From NCBI GenBank assembly GCA_036172245.1, contig JAYWIR010000040.1, positions 1,550,001 to 1,614,000 of the forward strand: DNA of 64,000 bases, written 5' to 3'. This stretch comes from Raillietiella orientalis (Eukaryota). The position numbers and the translations under genes are program-made. This document shows positions 14,540 to 28,544 of the stretch, piece by piece (position 1 is the first letter of the stretch; each line of letters starts with the position of its first letter). The notes under the pieces are model-generated. The model saw nothing but the letters and a program-made list of their open reading frames with translations, was not told the origin of the DNA and made no database searches.

Positions 14540-17500
14540 TTATTCAATTTGTTGAAAGTATGCATCCCACTTAATAGTCTGTATCTGAAATTTTTCGTGG
14601 AGCATAGAACACAAAAGAACATTCTTTCTAACATGGGATCCTAATCTACCAGCTGCAATGAGACTTTCATAACTCCATGGCACATCATCATGTAAACAAA
14701 CAACAATGTAAAATGCATGGTATTTCAAAGGATCACCTAAAAACACAGATACTGTAATTAGAAGCGCAATCCAAAAAACTTCCATGGTGATATAGCAATC
14801 GAAGATGCTAATTTGGCTGATCTCATTTCAAATCTAAAATAAAATAACAGCAGTACGCATCTCATGAATTGCATTAGCTACAAAAAGACTGCAAATACAA
14901 AGCTCGAAAATGCTTACCAGGATATGCTAAAAAGTCTCCACCAAATTTTACACCTGAGGTTAAATAGAATCCCTTCTCCCAAAGGGTTTTGAAGGAAACG
15001 AACTTCAGAACTTCTTGAGCAGTTGAGGGAAATTTCCACTCTGCATCTGTCTTTTCACTAAATTTTAAGCATGGTTCACCTAAAACGAATTCAAAACTAA
15101 ATCCACTACTAAAATTCATTACATAAAGAAGAGTTTACTCTTAACAAACTTTGATTATGTATTTCACATTTATATATTATTAAGTACTTCAAATAAGTAA
15201 CCAAAAAATCTTAGTTTCTTTCAATGAATGTTAAATGTACAACATATTACCTACTTATGTGTAGTTCAATGAATGATGAGCCAATAGACAATGGTTGGAC
15301 TTTACCAAATTCTTCAGAAAGAAACTTCTGTTGATCAGGTTCAAGGGAATCTGACACCAAAGCACATACACAAAAAATTATTTACCATTAAACCCTTAAA
15401 TTGTTAAACTGCTACTAGATATAATAAATAAAGCAAAGTTTGCTACAACACAAGATTGCAAAAAAAAATGAGCAAGCAACATGTTTCATTGCAATATAAA
15501 CATGGATTATCAAAAACACATACTACACACAGGTAGAATACACATTATTCTCTCTCATGATGGAAAGGCTTGCTTGAGTATTGCATTTTATTAGTTCTGT
15601 ATTTTATCAAGATGTAACCATTCTTGCAATACTGCTTTCATGAAATTTAATTTTTGCACTATCAGTTGAAATTATTTCATATCTTTTTCTAGTACAATAT
15701 ACAAAACAATTAATCATACTGACTAACTGATGTCAACCAAAAACCAAAAATATGCTTGCTCTTAACCACTTAACTATGCTAACTGTTTAACCCTCTGCAA
15801 ATTAAAAACATCAATAAACTTACAATCAAGGATTCTTGCATATCATGTTTGGTAAATTGCAATATTTTGAATAGTTATCTGATCACCTACTGATTAAATT
15901 ATTTTGTTAGCTGTTTGGACTGTGTCACATATTATCAGGAATCAAAATTAGTTTTACTGCTGACAATTAATCCACTCAAAGTGTTTTTATATGTTTTTAT
16001 TTCACAACCTGAGCATTTGTCTTCAGAAATCATACTTTGATAACATCTAAATATGCCCTAGAAATTGCCTTATATATTTGGGCCCATTTTGATTGAAAAG
16101 ATCAACAGCTACCCCTAAACAAGCTCCAATAAGATAAAATGTGATACAAATTTTAAAAAGTCAAATGTCTATTTACATCAATAAGGAAATGAAAACATGT
16201 ACTCCTTACTATCAAACTTCTATTCTCCCCAACTAAACTAAAAGCTACATTATTCAATCACCTTTGATGGAATACTGTAAAAACCAAGTAACAGTTGTTA
16301 GATGACAAATACATGTAGTCAACCAATATAAGATGCTTGTATACATTAAATCAATCCATACATAATGAGAATCAAGCCATATGTGCACATATATGAGAAC
16401 AGTAAAGAACTGTGAATCATCAAATTACTTTAGAGTTAATTTTTGAAGCATTTCAAATTGAAAATAATACATCCAAACACATGACCACTGTTATGCTTCA
16501 ATTAAAGTGTGCATGTATGCATTTTTAATCTAATAATAGAAGTACAAAATTTTCGATAAAACATGAAATTAAAGTTTGCACCAATTCATCCCACTCAAAT
16601 CATTAAACTTCAAACAAATGGCACCTCCCAAGTTTCGCTTTTTTTGCTTCCCAGATATAATTTGCTGGGCTTTCTCTTGTATTTCAGAAACACGATGACT
16701 GTAACTCCAATGAACCTAAAACATTATTTTTGTTGAGGTTTGAAAGGAGTTAAAACAAAAAGGTAAAATTGAACATAAATAACAGGTTTGCTAATTGCAA
16801 GGTATCAATTAACACTGCTACCTTGACAACACTTATAATTCTGAATTAAAGGTATCAACATTATCTGCACTTAAAAACTAATAGTTTGTTCTAATGTTAT
16901 GACATAAAGTAAGGAAAACTGACCTGCTCTTGATAAAATTCATCTTGTCTTTTGGCTGAGCATTCTTTCCATATTTCCAAAGGAGCTCTAGATAGACAAC
17001 TGAATGAAACTAATCTAATAACGCCGATATTCTTTAATAAAGTTATTTCTTCTGGAGACAGCTGGAGTGGTAATCCTTTGACGTGTTCTTGAAAGGGTAT
17101 GCATGGTAAGCACCCAACAAAAGTTCCAACAATTCTGTACTTCAACCTTAATTTCTTAACGTCTGAAATAAATAAATGATACATGATGAAGACTTCTTAA
17201 ATGATCAAATTAAAAACACTGTACTATTAATGTTCACAAAAAACTTTGCAGAATGCACAATATGCACTTCCTATTTTTCTTTTGATGGTAATTCCTATCA
17301 ATTAATCAGAAGTTTTTGTGTGCTTTTTGTGTGCAATTTGCAAAACAGAATTAAACGAACTGACAGAATTAACTGCAATATAACAATTCTACATACAAAT
17401 GTACATTTTATGCCATTACGAAGTTCAAAGTGACTCTTATTTGATGATTAAAAAGAATTATTTGTAAAAAAAAAAAAACTTTTGAGTATAAATATTTTTT

Positions 17501-17586
17501 TAAAATTTACCCAAAACATCCCAAACATGTCCAACATTCAGATTTGGACTCAAAATATGGACATCAATCACATCAGGGACTTCCAT
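14540..17586 (-). CDS. TSEN34: tRNA-splicing endonuclease subunit Sen34 (286 aa, 6 coding exons)
   Basis: Exons 17586-17511, 17162-16924, 16715-16625, 15350-15255, 15079-14918 and 14736-14540 are all GT-AG and total 861 nt in frame. Motifs: [67 protein letters not shown] (Tyr-His-Lys catalytic triad present). Confidence 0.93.
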
Positions 17587-18449
17587 CAAAACACTGAAAC
17601 AGCTTATTTCTTCATTCCGATTTTCAAAATTCTGTGAACGTAGTTCTAACCATATTTATTTTTTTCTGTTTCTACATTACATAGAGCATTTCTTTCCTGT
17701 TATGACATTTTTTGAAAATCGTTGTTTTTCAACATCAAGACGGCATGGGATAAAACCAGGAAGTAGACAAAAAAATACTTATTTTGTTCAATGTTTCATC
17801 CAAAACCAACTCAAAGTTTTAATCACTGCTACACTCAGAAATTGGGGCTAAGCAACTCCGTCTCTTCAAGTGCCATTATCTCTGCCACACAGGCACACAG
17901 AGCTATACAAAATTACAGCATCACACAGAGCCTTTTAACGTGGAACCCTTATTGATGACGAGACCGCAACAGTGGTGCAGAAGTTGTTTTGTACACATTC
18001 ACAGTACATCGGGTCCACACACGCAGTCCACTCGTACCGGAATGGCCTGGCATAACTCACGTTGACAGTGAGATGAGGCAATGACCACCCAGGTGACCGT
18101 AAACCATATTGCTAGAGGTAGGTCCAACCAGCCGAGCCGTTTCGGCAGCTCATGGAGAAAGACATACAGATTTGAATGGCATAGTATTCTAATTTACATA
18201 TCCGTTAATCCAGTTTATGTACTGCAAACGTATTTTATTTTATTTTTTAACAAAGCTTTGCAAAAACCTTCGGGCTATTGCTTCGTTTGCATGCAATACT
18301 GCAGTTTCCTCACCCCGTGGCAGCGATTAATCAATAGGGAAAATTTGGACATTTCTAATAGTTTTCGTTGTCATTTGTTTGAACTGCTTTCGGGATCCTC
18401 GTATAATGTACAGGAAAAAATGCCTTAATTCGAAAAAAAGATGAGTTTA

Positions 18450-21400
18450 AGCGGCGTCCAAACCCAGGGAAGGGGCACCGAGGGTTCCTCCGGAATGCGC
18501 ACCAGAGTTGCTTCCTCCGAAGCAGTCCCTTATCCCGAGGGCGTTCCATGGCGCCGTCCGCCGTCTCACTCGTCTTCCAGCCGTCTAGGAGATTCCCCAC
18601 TCCCGCAGTGGTGCCCAGCCTACCGGTGGGCAGCTGTCGCCTCTTGTCCCTATGGCAGACGGAGCTGCTGCTAGGGATGGCTAACTCGGGACCGCTTAAT
18701 ACGATCCCAAGTGAGCTTCTCGAGGGGCGCTGACGTGAAAGATGCAAGGGAGCGGAGTTCCTTTCGAAAAAGCCCACAGGGAACCGACAGTCCCCTGCCG
18801 CCATGCACTCGAGCTTTTCGGATGGCAGGAGATTCAGCACTGCCGCCTCATCAATGAGGCGACTTGCCTCAAGGGATCACCGTGGCCTTTCATTCCTTCG
18901 TGGCTACGCGGGGTCAACATCGAAGATAGTTCTTCAGAGCTGACACTGCGCCACGAGATGGGTCGAGCAGACACATTCCAGAGAGATATCCACCATTCGG
19001 TGGATGGCTCCAGACCGTGAAACTGGACTTGCAGTTCGACCCTCTCCCGGATGCCGTCCGTGGTGCCACCAGTTGCTTCAGGAGGATCCTGGACCTCGCA
19101 GATCCACACATGGCTTTTCTGAGCAGCAGACGATGATCCCGGATCTTCACCGTATAAGGTAAGGGGAAGGGGTTTACAGAAAACAAGGATAGGAAGGGAA
19201 GTAAACAGAAGGTTTCCAGATGATGACCCTTTCCGGCAAGGATTCAAGAGCGATCTCCACCCTTTGAAGGCATCCAGAGAACGCCACTGCAACCTAGAAG
19301 TGATCCAACGAAACGCCAAGGTACTTGAAGTACCTGCCGGTGGGAGTCTCCAGGAAAATCCAGTCTGGATGTCCAGTCCACGCCGCACCAACAGGACACA
19401 CTCACGACTTGCCCCTGTTGCCACCTCCCAGCCGAACACGGCGATGATTTTGGACAACTCCGCGCTTCCCCTAAAGTGGCAGCACTCGGCGTTGCCGCCA
19501 CCGCATTGGGCTGACCATTGCAAAGCACGCTGGCACCATTTCCACCCGGTTGCGCCAAGGCGTTTCTTTCTTTCCACATAAAGAAGAAACAAACAAGCAG
19601 GTCATGTGGATTGGTGGATCCGCCGATCGATGGAAATTTCAGGGGGAAGAGGGGGAAAAAGAATAAAAAACCATCAACGCGCGGGCCGACTACACAAAAG
19701 GACAGGGAAGGTGCAAGGCAGGGGACTGCAGACCAAGAAATAAAAGGGGAAGGGACAGGGGTCATCAGCCACATCGTTGCGTCTCCCGTGACCTGCGTGA
19801 GAAGCAGGCGGAATCCTCATTCATTCGGATGTCCTTCAAGGGCCGTTTTGCCGCATCCCTAATCACTGTGGAGGCGAGGCGCACGGTCCTCCTTCCCTGC
19901 CGGCGCGCCTCCTCAGTGTCCCGGAACGCCACAGTCCTCTTGACGCAGCGCAGGATCGGGGAAGCAGGCAGAGGTGAGTCCCGCGTGAAACAGCGCGGCA
20001 GCAGCTTTTCCGGGTGTCTCGGGGTCGAAGCAGAGCGGCAGCGAAGCGTTTCCCCTGTTGCTGGATTGTGGTGACCTCGAAATCCGAAGGTCACCACTGC
20101 AATCCAGCAGCACGTGCGTGAAAATTTCCATCTCCTTGCTGCTGGAGCACTTCGGAGAGATGCCGCCTCCCCTTCGTCTCCTCTTGTAGCACGGGAAGCC
20201 CGGCGCACGAACAGAAATGCCTCCTCGTGTGCCATCCGAGGGAATGAGCAGAGGGGTCCAGGCAGAGGGAGGGGATGGGACGCAATTTCAAAGGGAGGGA
20301 TGACCATGTATTCTGCCCAGCGGGTCAGCGGGCACTGGGTGTCTCTGCCTCAGCCGCCTGGCCCGCCCTCCATCGGCCCGCCAGTCTCTTCGCTCCTCCT
20401 ACGAGATCACCCATCCTGTAGGTTGGTTTCTCTCCCATAGGGGGCGAAGAGCTGCGGCTGGCGACTGGCAGTCTGTCGGATCCACCACTTCTTCCCGTTC
20501 CATCCTACTTCCTCCAGGGAGGCTGCTCCCAGGTTGTGGAAGGGACGCATCGGCGCCGCGTCAGTGCGCGCGATGCGGATCCGGGCACCCGGTGGGTCCC
20601 TGCCGCCAGACGCTGCAGTTTGCGGCCGTCATGGCGAGAGAACCGTTGATGTTTTTCCCACAGGGAAGCGATCTGCCCTGGTGGGAACCCGGATGCCTTC
20701 ATGCGGTCTCGGTTGCGAGGTGGCAGCGACGCCATTCCCTCGCAACTGACCGCGCGCCTCAGGATTTTGCACACAGGCAAGCCCCAATGCCTCATCGAGT
20801 TCTTGGCCATCAAGACCACTATCCTAAACTGGAGCTGTAATGCCATCTTCCTCAACGTGAGGATGCCAAGCGGTGCATGCTTTCGTGGAGCAAAGAGGTC
20901 CTTGAAGCGAACCTTCGCCTTGCTGAGGTGGCCATCTGTCTTACGCCTAGCCTCATATGGCGAGTGCGAAGTCAGAAAAGGGGCCAGCGAAGCGGGCAAC
21001 GGACACCTTCTAAATGGAGGAACGTTTCCTCGTTCCTGCAAACAAAACTTGGAGCATATTGAGATAGTGTCAGCGCCACCTCTAGCGTGAAACGCTGCGA
21101 CGATGCTGCTCCGGAAGTCGTCACTCTCGACACTGCGCAAGTAGCCGCGGGAGAAGACGCTACTGAAAGGAAGGTTGTCGTAGGCAATCTCCCGCCACCT
21201 CTGGCTCGCTGGACTCGGAATCCGAAGAGGAGGACGAATTCTGTGCGCCAGAAGGTGAAGTACTCCCAGTGGCTTGTGCACGAAAGCCCGAGTTCCGAAG
21301 AGAAACGGCACAGGTCGAAGCAGAGACGGAAGGTACGGAAGTTGCCTGCCTCGATTCCTCCAAGCAGGGCGACAGCGGCGAGTGCAACTCTAGAGGACAA

Positions 21401-24400
21401 CGGCACGAGTCGATGGGTGACCTGTCGGCACTTGAAGTTTCCATGCCTCAAGCGTCGGCGTTTGAACCCTTTAAAAACTATGCTGTTTTATTACGCCACC
21501 CTTTGAACTTGAAGCGTAAGGAGGGTCCTGCCCAGCATGCTGGGAACCATAGCGCGCAACCTTGCCTCTTCTCGTCGCTTGTGCATCGCCTGTTGGAACG
21601 TCAACGGACTAGATGGCGACGAGAAGAGGCGCGCAGCAGCGGAAACCTTACGCGCTTTCGACCTCGCGTTGCTTCATGACAACCCACCGGATTTCCTGGC
21701 AGGAAGTCGAGGACATCGACAGTGGTGAGGAGGGAAACGCTACATTGGCGGAACGATACTGCCCATTCGCGCGAGGGTAGCCTCCTTTCTGAAGCCGTCC
21801 GTGGAGTGCGCAATGCTTGAGGCGCTATTTGATGAGGACGGTTGAGTGAGGTAGCTTATTCTGAAGTGTTCCAACTCGACTGACCTCGTCGTCACAAACA
21901 TCCACGCGCTGAGAGGTAGGTTGCACCACAACGCCAGGACGCTGTCCTGCGACCTCGGTATCCTGTGGCTGAACTCCTCAAGCACCAGCGTCGCTCACCT
22001 GATGGAGGACGACTTCAGTGTCCGCCTGCTGTCGGAGGACTTGTGGACGCAGCTGCATCGCATGCAGGTCAACGAGCTGTGATGCACGCATGAATGCCTT
22101 CAACTTGCTGTTCGGAGAACCCGGGATGCAGGGGACCACATCTTCCATGACAAGTACCTGTGTTGTCGGATGTGCAATCGTGGAAAAGTGGCGTCGGTTC
22201 TCTCCGACCATCCCAGGCTCGAGCCGCGACCTCCAGAGAAGGGGACGTCCATCAAGGTGTGGAGGCTGCTGGGGGATTGAGGATTGCCTGAGAAACCTGG
22301 AAGCTGTGGAAATCTCCGAAGCTTTCTACCATTGGTTTCACCAAACCGTGGTTTCACCATTTGCCAGCTCGAGGATTAAGACCTGTTCAAAATCTCTGTT
22401 CGAGAGTATTGTGAACGCTACCCATTGGCTATCCTTCCATCTGGATTCGGAGAAGGTGTATACAGCAGCAGAGCCTTTCTGCAAGCGCGCAACCTCTGCC
22501 CATCACCCCAACTACCGGAAGGTGGCCGAATTCAAGACCAGAACCGAGCGTCAAGTCTATCAGTCCAGCCCAGCTTGCCTGCTGGACGACCAAGTCCAGA
22601 AGAGCTCGGCATCTTTGGATGTCTGCCGGTTAGTGATCGACTTCTACTCCTCTTTGCACGCAAGAACATCAGTGGACAGTGCCTTATCTCAGCGACCGCT
22701 GGAAGGTGCACCACCGCTATCGGGGATGAGGAACGAGCGCGCCTGGAAGAGCCGTTCTTGATGGCGGAGATCATCGCCTCCGCATCGGAGTGCTCAAGAA
22801 AAGAGAAGCGCCAGAGGAGGACGGCCTGCCTGCGGAGTTCCTCCAGATCTTCGCAGCGGAGCTTGCTCCTTTGTTTCCGAAGCTGACCGTGATGATCCGG
22901 GAGAAAGTCAAGGTTGACGCCTTCCGGTAAGCCAGGGTACGTCTCCTGCCGGAAGGAGGAGATTTGCGCAACCTGGTCAACTGGCGTCCGATCACTTTAG
23001 CTGGTATAAAACTGCTCTCCAGTCCGTGGACTGGGCGCCTAAGACGAGTGACTGACTCCTTCATCAGCCCAGAGGTACTTGGGCTGTGCCGGTCAGAGGT
23101 ATGGAGTCGCATTTGTTCCTCGCGCGAACCTGGATACGGTCGGCAACGCCGGGTTGCAGAGGAGTCCTGCAGGGAAAAGAGCTCCCGGAACTGGCTCGGA
23201 GAATAGCACTCGCAGGCAGTCGGAGGAACTAGGAGCTCTTGCGATCGCGGTCAGTCTGCACAAGGCATTCCATTGCGCGATCTGGGAACTCCTTCTGCAC
23301 CTCCTTGACATTCTTTCCTGCTTGCTCGAGTTCTTGCGCTAGCTTTGGCGCGATGCGCTTATCAACGTCAGTTTCAGCGGTCACACCCTTACGGCGTGCC
23401 GTGCGCCGAGGAATAGGGCATGAAGACAGTCTGAACCCTATCCTGTTCAGAACCTACTTGGAGGCGGTGCTGAGAGGGTTCAGGACAACACTGGTCAACC
23501 TACCGACGGCCTGTCCATGCACCCCGGCCGTGACCGACTAAGTAGAAGATCTGCTTCTCCTGCTGCTCAGGTCCACCTGCTCGAGGAATCCTTTGAGCTG
23601 ATCCGACGGGGAGTGGGGCTTGTTTGCCAACAGGGTGAAGCCCACGGTCACTGTGTTGGAGCGTCGCTGGAGGGGCAGCCGGACTAGATCCGCCTGGGGA
23701 TCTCCATGGCGATCCCATACTTCAAGTACTTAGGCGTACCAATGGGCGACTTCTGCAATGCAGAAGTGTGATCCAGCAGCCTTCAAAAAGCAGAGGAGGC
23801 TCTTGGCCTGTTCCTAGAAGGTCCTTCCGGAGCGGGTCTCGATCTGGAACTCTTTCGCGGTTCCCCTCCTCCGACCGCTTTTTTTGGTTTGTTCCTCCCC
23901 CTCTGAAGCGAAGCAAAGGGCCAATGGACTGTTAAGGAAGGGTCTTGCGGTCCGCCTCAAGGACATTGCTACACCACGGAGGGAAGCTAGACTCGTCATC
24001 CTGATGTTGAAAAGGATGGAGCTGCAGCTCCATTTCCGGAGGCGCTCCCTGATGGAGCCAGCAATGTTGCCTCCCCTCTCGCTACGTTTTGCAGCGAGCG
24101 GCCGGTTGCAAGGAACCAGCGTCCGTGCTGCCTCGAAACCGGAAATGGATGAAGCGGTTGAAATTTTCCGAGGTTTGTTGAAGTAGCTCGCCTACCTCTT
24201 GAAGACCAACGAGTCGATCTCCTGCCTTCCTGCGAACGTGCTTCATGCCTGGAAGCAAATATGTGGACACTTGTGCACGGTCGACCAGCACCAGCCCTCA
24301 GCATCTTATGCCGGTCCAGTGGTTCGTCAGTATGCCCCTACAGAGAATCGTTGACGAACCGACCGGGCATCCGCCACACTTCTGACCACAGCGCTATCTT

Positions 24401-25250
24401 CCCTATGGGAAAGCAGTGGTAGTTGCCTCCCTGTGAGGTGGGAGTCTTCCTGCAACATCGCTGGAGTGGAGAAAACTCCCAAGCGCGAAAGTGTTGGCCT
24501 ACGCAGCTACTCCCTGCTTCCAGGCGAAGGGACTCCTCCGGTGGGCTGAAACTTTGAATGTGCTCCCGAAAGGACTGTGCGTTCCCTCCCCTGCGCCTGA
24601 ACAGACCGGGCTCTCCCTCAGGTGGCAGTACGACGTGGTGCTCCTCTTTCCCATCCAACGAGCACAGGCATCACGTGAAGACAGCGAATGTCTCTCCAGA
24701 GTGCACTAGGTGTGGGGGCGATCGAATCGTTCCCGCGCCTACTCATGAACTGCGGCAGCCTCCATCGGTGGTGAAATCGGCTGCCTTCAGCTCTCCTGCA
24801 TCCTAAGGAACCGTCTGGACTGCTATGCCGATTCTTCTGGAGAGAGGGCCTCTCGTCTGCTGCCGCGGACGTAAAGGTATGTTGCAACCGCAGAATCACC
24901 AAGACCCGCTGCCGGCTGGAGCTGCAGCAACGCCAACGGTAATCGCTGTTAAGAAGAAGGCATGAGAATGTCTCCATTTGCAAGTCTTCTTCAGCCAGCA
25001 AGGAGACTGCTAACGTCTTCGGGAGGCTGTAGGAGAGGAACAGTAGTTCCAGTGTCCCCTACCTCTGCATTTCATCTATTGATTTGTTCTCCCTACCCCA
25101 CCGTTGCAACAAACAAGTTCTGCAGCCGACTTGCAAGTCCGCGAAGCTGCCAGACTGAACTTCTTGCGATCTTCTTTGCGTTTTCTTTTCTTTTGATTCA
25201 CAAGGAACTGCGTTTTTTGTTTATTGTAAGGGTTTTTTTTTCATAGATGA
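18450..25250 (+). mobile_element. near full-length degenerate L1/Tx1-like non-LTR retrotransposon (copy A), interrupted by copy B
   Basis: ORF1-like WLRGVNIEDSS... and TCPCCHLPAEH (18.9-19.5 kb). APE endonuclease start CIACWNVNGL (~21.6 kb). RT motifs DGLPAEF, NWRPITL, LHKAFH, RRGIGHEDSLNPILF, FKYLG (22.8-23.75 kb). C-terminal zinc-knuckle remnant at ~24.7 kb, then a T-rich 3' UTR. Many stops and frameshifts; ends approximate. Confidence 0.85.
19544..21050 (-). mobile_element. 5'-truncated L1/Tx1-like copy (B) nested antisense in ORF1 of copy A
   Basis: Minus strand: KVRFKDLFAPRKHAPLGILTLRKMALQLQFR (homologous to RVPLKDLCAPRRDGGLSLLTLKRVEKQLRWR in copy C), then EIFTHVLLDC knuckle, T-rich UTR and the shared terminal motif at 19568-19544. 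The 5' end is approximate. Confidence 0.8.
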
Positions 25251-25269
25251 ACTCCGTGAATGAAAATAC

Positions 25270-26760
25270 TTTTGAGGATCACGTCTTCGCAAGAGTAAAC
25301 TCCCTCAACGTAACTTCAAGGTACTTGAAGTTCCTGACCGTGGGGTTGGATCCAGCTGTTGAACCCACGCCCCGCCAACAAGAATCAATCAGGACTTCGC
25401 CCTGCCGACGCGCAAGCCCACGCTTCGTTGAATACACTCGGAGTCCTTGAGTGATACCGCCGGTGTGGGCATAGGCAACAGAGGCAGGAGGTCGTCGGCG
25501 TAGACTGACACGGCAGGCGAACCAGGGCGACACGAGCTCGGCAGGGTAGCCACAGTCCCCTTGTATGCCCTCAGCACCAACTCCAAGTACATGCAGAACA
25601 GGAGGCTTGGCTGCTTCCCTACCTTAAGTCTCTCCGCACTGGCACGCTAAAATCAAGCTATGTTCCAGCGGAAGCGCAGTTTTATTCCCGTTATGTGAAC
25701 GACTGATGGTTCCGCTGTGACTCTGACGCGCCTTCTACCCTCGATTTTGATGGAAGTGTTAGCAGTCCTTGCGAGAGTCCTTGCACGTAAGCTCAGCAAC
25801 CCGCTCTCCGCTGATCAGGAGCAGGTTCGTTTCCGTGCCCCGTCTGAGAACAGCGTACGTCTCTTAAGGGCTGATGGAGGATTCGGCAAATCGCTCCGGG
25901 CGCTTTGCAGGCCACAGCTTCGCGAGCAGCACGGAGTCCGCGTTCACTGCCATAATCGGACAATTGGGGAAGGGAGGAAACTTGCTCATGTTGTGGTGGC
26001 CTTCTCCCTTGGCGAGGAGACGTACTCTTGCTGACCGGAACGAGGCGGGCATCTCGACTCTTTCCCTGACCACGGCTGGCACACCAGGGACGTCAGTTCC
26101 GCTGCAAAGTACTGCTAGAACTCCGCAGGCAGGCCGTGCTCTCCTGGTGCTTCCCGCCTCTTGAGTTTTCCGATGCCGGACATTGGACATCCCTTCCTCG
26201 ATTGTGGAAACGCCTTCGGGCAGTAGACGCTGCGCGGACTCGCGTTCCAGTTCACGTAAGAGGAGGAGGAGGAGTGGAATTCACGCACGATGCGCATCAC
26301 CTGCGGTGAAGCTGAGCGTGTCCAGCCCTTGTCGTACGGCAGACTGGCCGACCCAGACTTCCAGGCTGGTCGCTCGACCCCAGCCAGGAACTCGGCCAAG
26401 CGAAGTACTCCCGGCTCGCGCTGATTGCGTCGAGTCTGCGAAAAAGCGAATTCCGTCGTCTAAACCTGTGGGGAGGAGGCTGCCCACGGAAAATCTTGTT
26501 CGGAACCCTTGGCTTCATCCACAGCAGATCGCGGGAATGCCTCCGGGCAGCAAACTGCCCTTTCGAGAGAGCACGAGACGTGAAGCTGACTTCGCATTTG
26601 CTCGGCGGTCCTCCGCATTGGGGAGTAGTGAGCCGACTGACGGAAGTACTGCAATACCGGGTCAACCCGTTACAGGAGGGGAGCAAGCTCCAAGCATTCC
26701 GTCCACTTCCAAAGAGTAGTTTCATATGCTGCACACCAGGCAGGTGGCGTATAAGATACT
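25270..26760 (-). mobile_element. L1/Tx1-like RT segment, inverted 5' part of copy C
   Basis: Minus strand: PASFRSARVRLLAKG...AVNADSVLLAKL, SVYADDL, NFKYLEVTL. It ends right after the last RT motif. Confidence 0.8.
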
Positions 26761-26869
26761 AAGTTGGTAAGAACAGATTTTTTTTTATTCACAACAATCC
26801 GCTTTACAAATGGTTTTTCATCATTTTCAGTTCAAGAAACGATCTACAGGCTTCATCTTGTTGATCATC

Positions 26870-28540
26870 ATTCCTCTGGGAGGTGTTCTGCAAGACTCGA
26901 AGAAGTCCGCTTGGCCGCCGTTACCCCTTTGCTGCAGCACTGCCTGCCCTAAGGGCAAGCAGCGACTACCGGCGAGGTGGGAGTTCTGCACGATTGCAGG
27001 AGCGACCAAACCCTCCTGGACGTCTGGAAAGCGAATGAGTTCGTGGACGTCTCCCACTCCTCGTTCCCGGGAGAAGGAACTGCTTCGGTGGAGAGCCGTT
27101 GAGCGTTCCACCCCCCCTCCCCTTCGAAGGACTCTCCTCCGCATCGCCCTTTGGGGCAAGGGGAGGCCCAGAGTCCCTTTGAAGGACTTATGCGCTCCGC
27201 GTCGGGACGGCGGTCTTAGCCTTCTGACGCTGAAGCGCGTGGAGAAGCAGCTGCGATGGCGAACCCTCGCCATCGCAGCGAAGATGTGGAGCACCCCTTG
27301 GTGCATTCCAGCCCGCCTCCTGGCCAGCCGTATGTCCCGGTGCGATGGACTCGCGTCTTTTCTTCGGTGCCCAGGCCTGAAGATGCGAAGATGCGGCCTA
27401 CTGCTCGGGCGCATGGCAACATTGGCCAAGGAGAACAGCTGGATGGTTTGCTGCCCCGCCAACTCCCCCGCCTGGCTGGAGGAGAATATTGGAACGTGGG
27501 CAGTGGTAAACCAGCGGAGCCACGAGACGTGGAATCGTCTCCGATGCAGCCCCTACGCCCGCTGCACGCTGCGGAATCTCCTGGAGAGTCCAGCAAGAAG
27601 CACGTGGGCAGAGACGACCTGCCTAGCTACGGCGCTGCCCTTCCTGAGGAGGGCACTTCACAGCAGCCGGACGCCAAGGTGGCAAGTCTCCTGCTGCATC
27701 GAGGGACGGGAGAAGTTGATTAGCGGCTGGACAACAGGAGAACTGGCCGACGCCACGACCCCGAGCCTCCAGCCGCGAGGATTATCAAGATGGGGCGAGC
27801 TGCTCGCCATCCCCAGGGATGAGCTGAAGTGGCCCCCAGTGATGAATGAATCCAGGATCCTGCCCCTCAAGTGGCAAGAGTCGGCGTTGCTTCTGTTGCA
27901 CTGGGGTCTACCCTGCAACGCACGCCGCTTCCACTGGACGAGGGGAGCTGTGGATCCTGCGAGTGCCAGGTGCGGGGAGCGGGAGTCGCTCCCCCACATT
28001 ATTGTGGATTGTGCTGCCCTCCGACCCCTTTGGGAACGGTTCGGGACGACCCTCGGGCTCCCTACGGGCAGTGCACCCAGAGACGTTCTCCAGCTCCTCT
28101 TCGTGCGGGACGCCCTGCAGCCAGCCGCAGCCCTCGCAGCCCTGTGTTGCGTCCGAGGCATCGTGGCGGCCTGGAGCGACGCCAGCAACGAAGATGTGGA
28201 CGAAAACGAGAGGGACGTCATCCAGTATGCAGTACGCTTCTTGCGGATAGCTGCTCGATGGCCCCATCTGGGAAATATGCGGAGAGACCTCGAGGGCTTC
28301 CTTCGACGGATGGGCCCTCCTCACAGCATCCAGTGATCCCTACCCTGCCCTCCAAACTCTTTTTGTTTGTTTATTTCTTTATTTTTCTTTTTGTTTTTCC
28401 CTCATCCCCTTTCGCTGTCGGGGAGTGCCACGCCGGGCTGCGTCCCGGTGTCCCGACAGGTCCTGTGTTTACGGCCGTGGTGGGGCCTCGTACCACGCAT
28501 GTAGAGTTTATAAATAAACGCCCCGGGCGTACCCGGGTGA
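26870..28540 (+). mobile_element. L1/Tx1-like ORF2 C-terminal half plus 3' UTR (copy C; ORF 26810-28336)
   Basis: ~500-codon open frame with LCAPRRDGGL and ARCGERESLPHIIVDC, followed by a T-rich UTR and AATAAA plus hairpin at 28513-28538. Confidence 0.85.
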
Positions 28541-28544
28541 TAAC

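Noticed and set aside
26810..28336. 508-aa ORF as a host gene
   Set aside because: It is the C-terminal half of a non-LTR ORF2; homologous decayed copies lie nearby.
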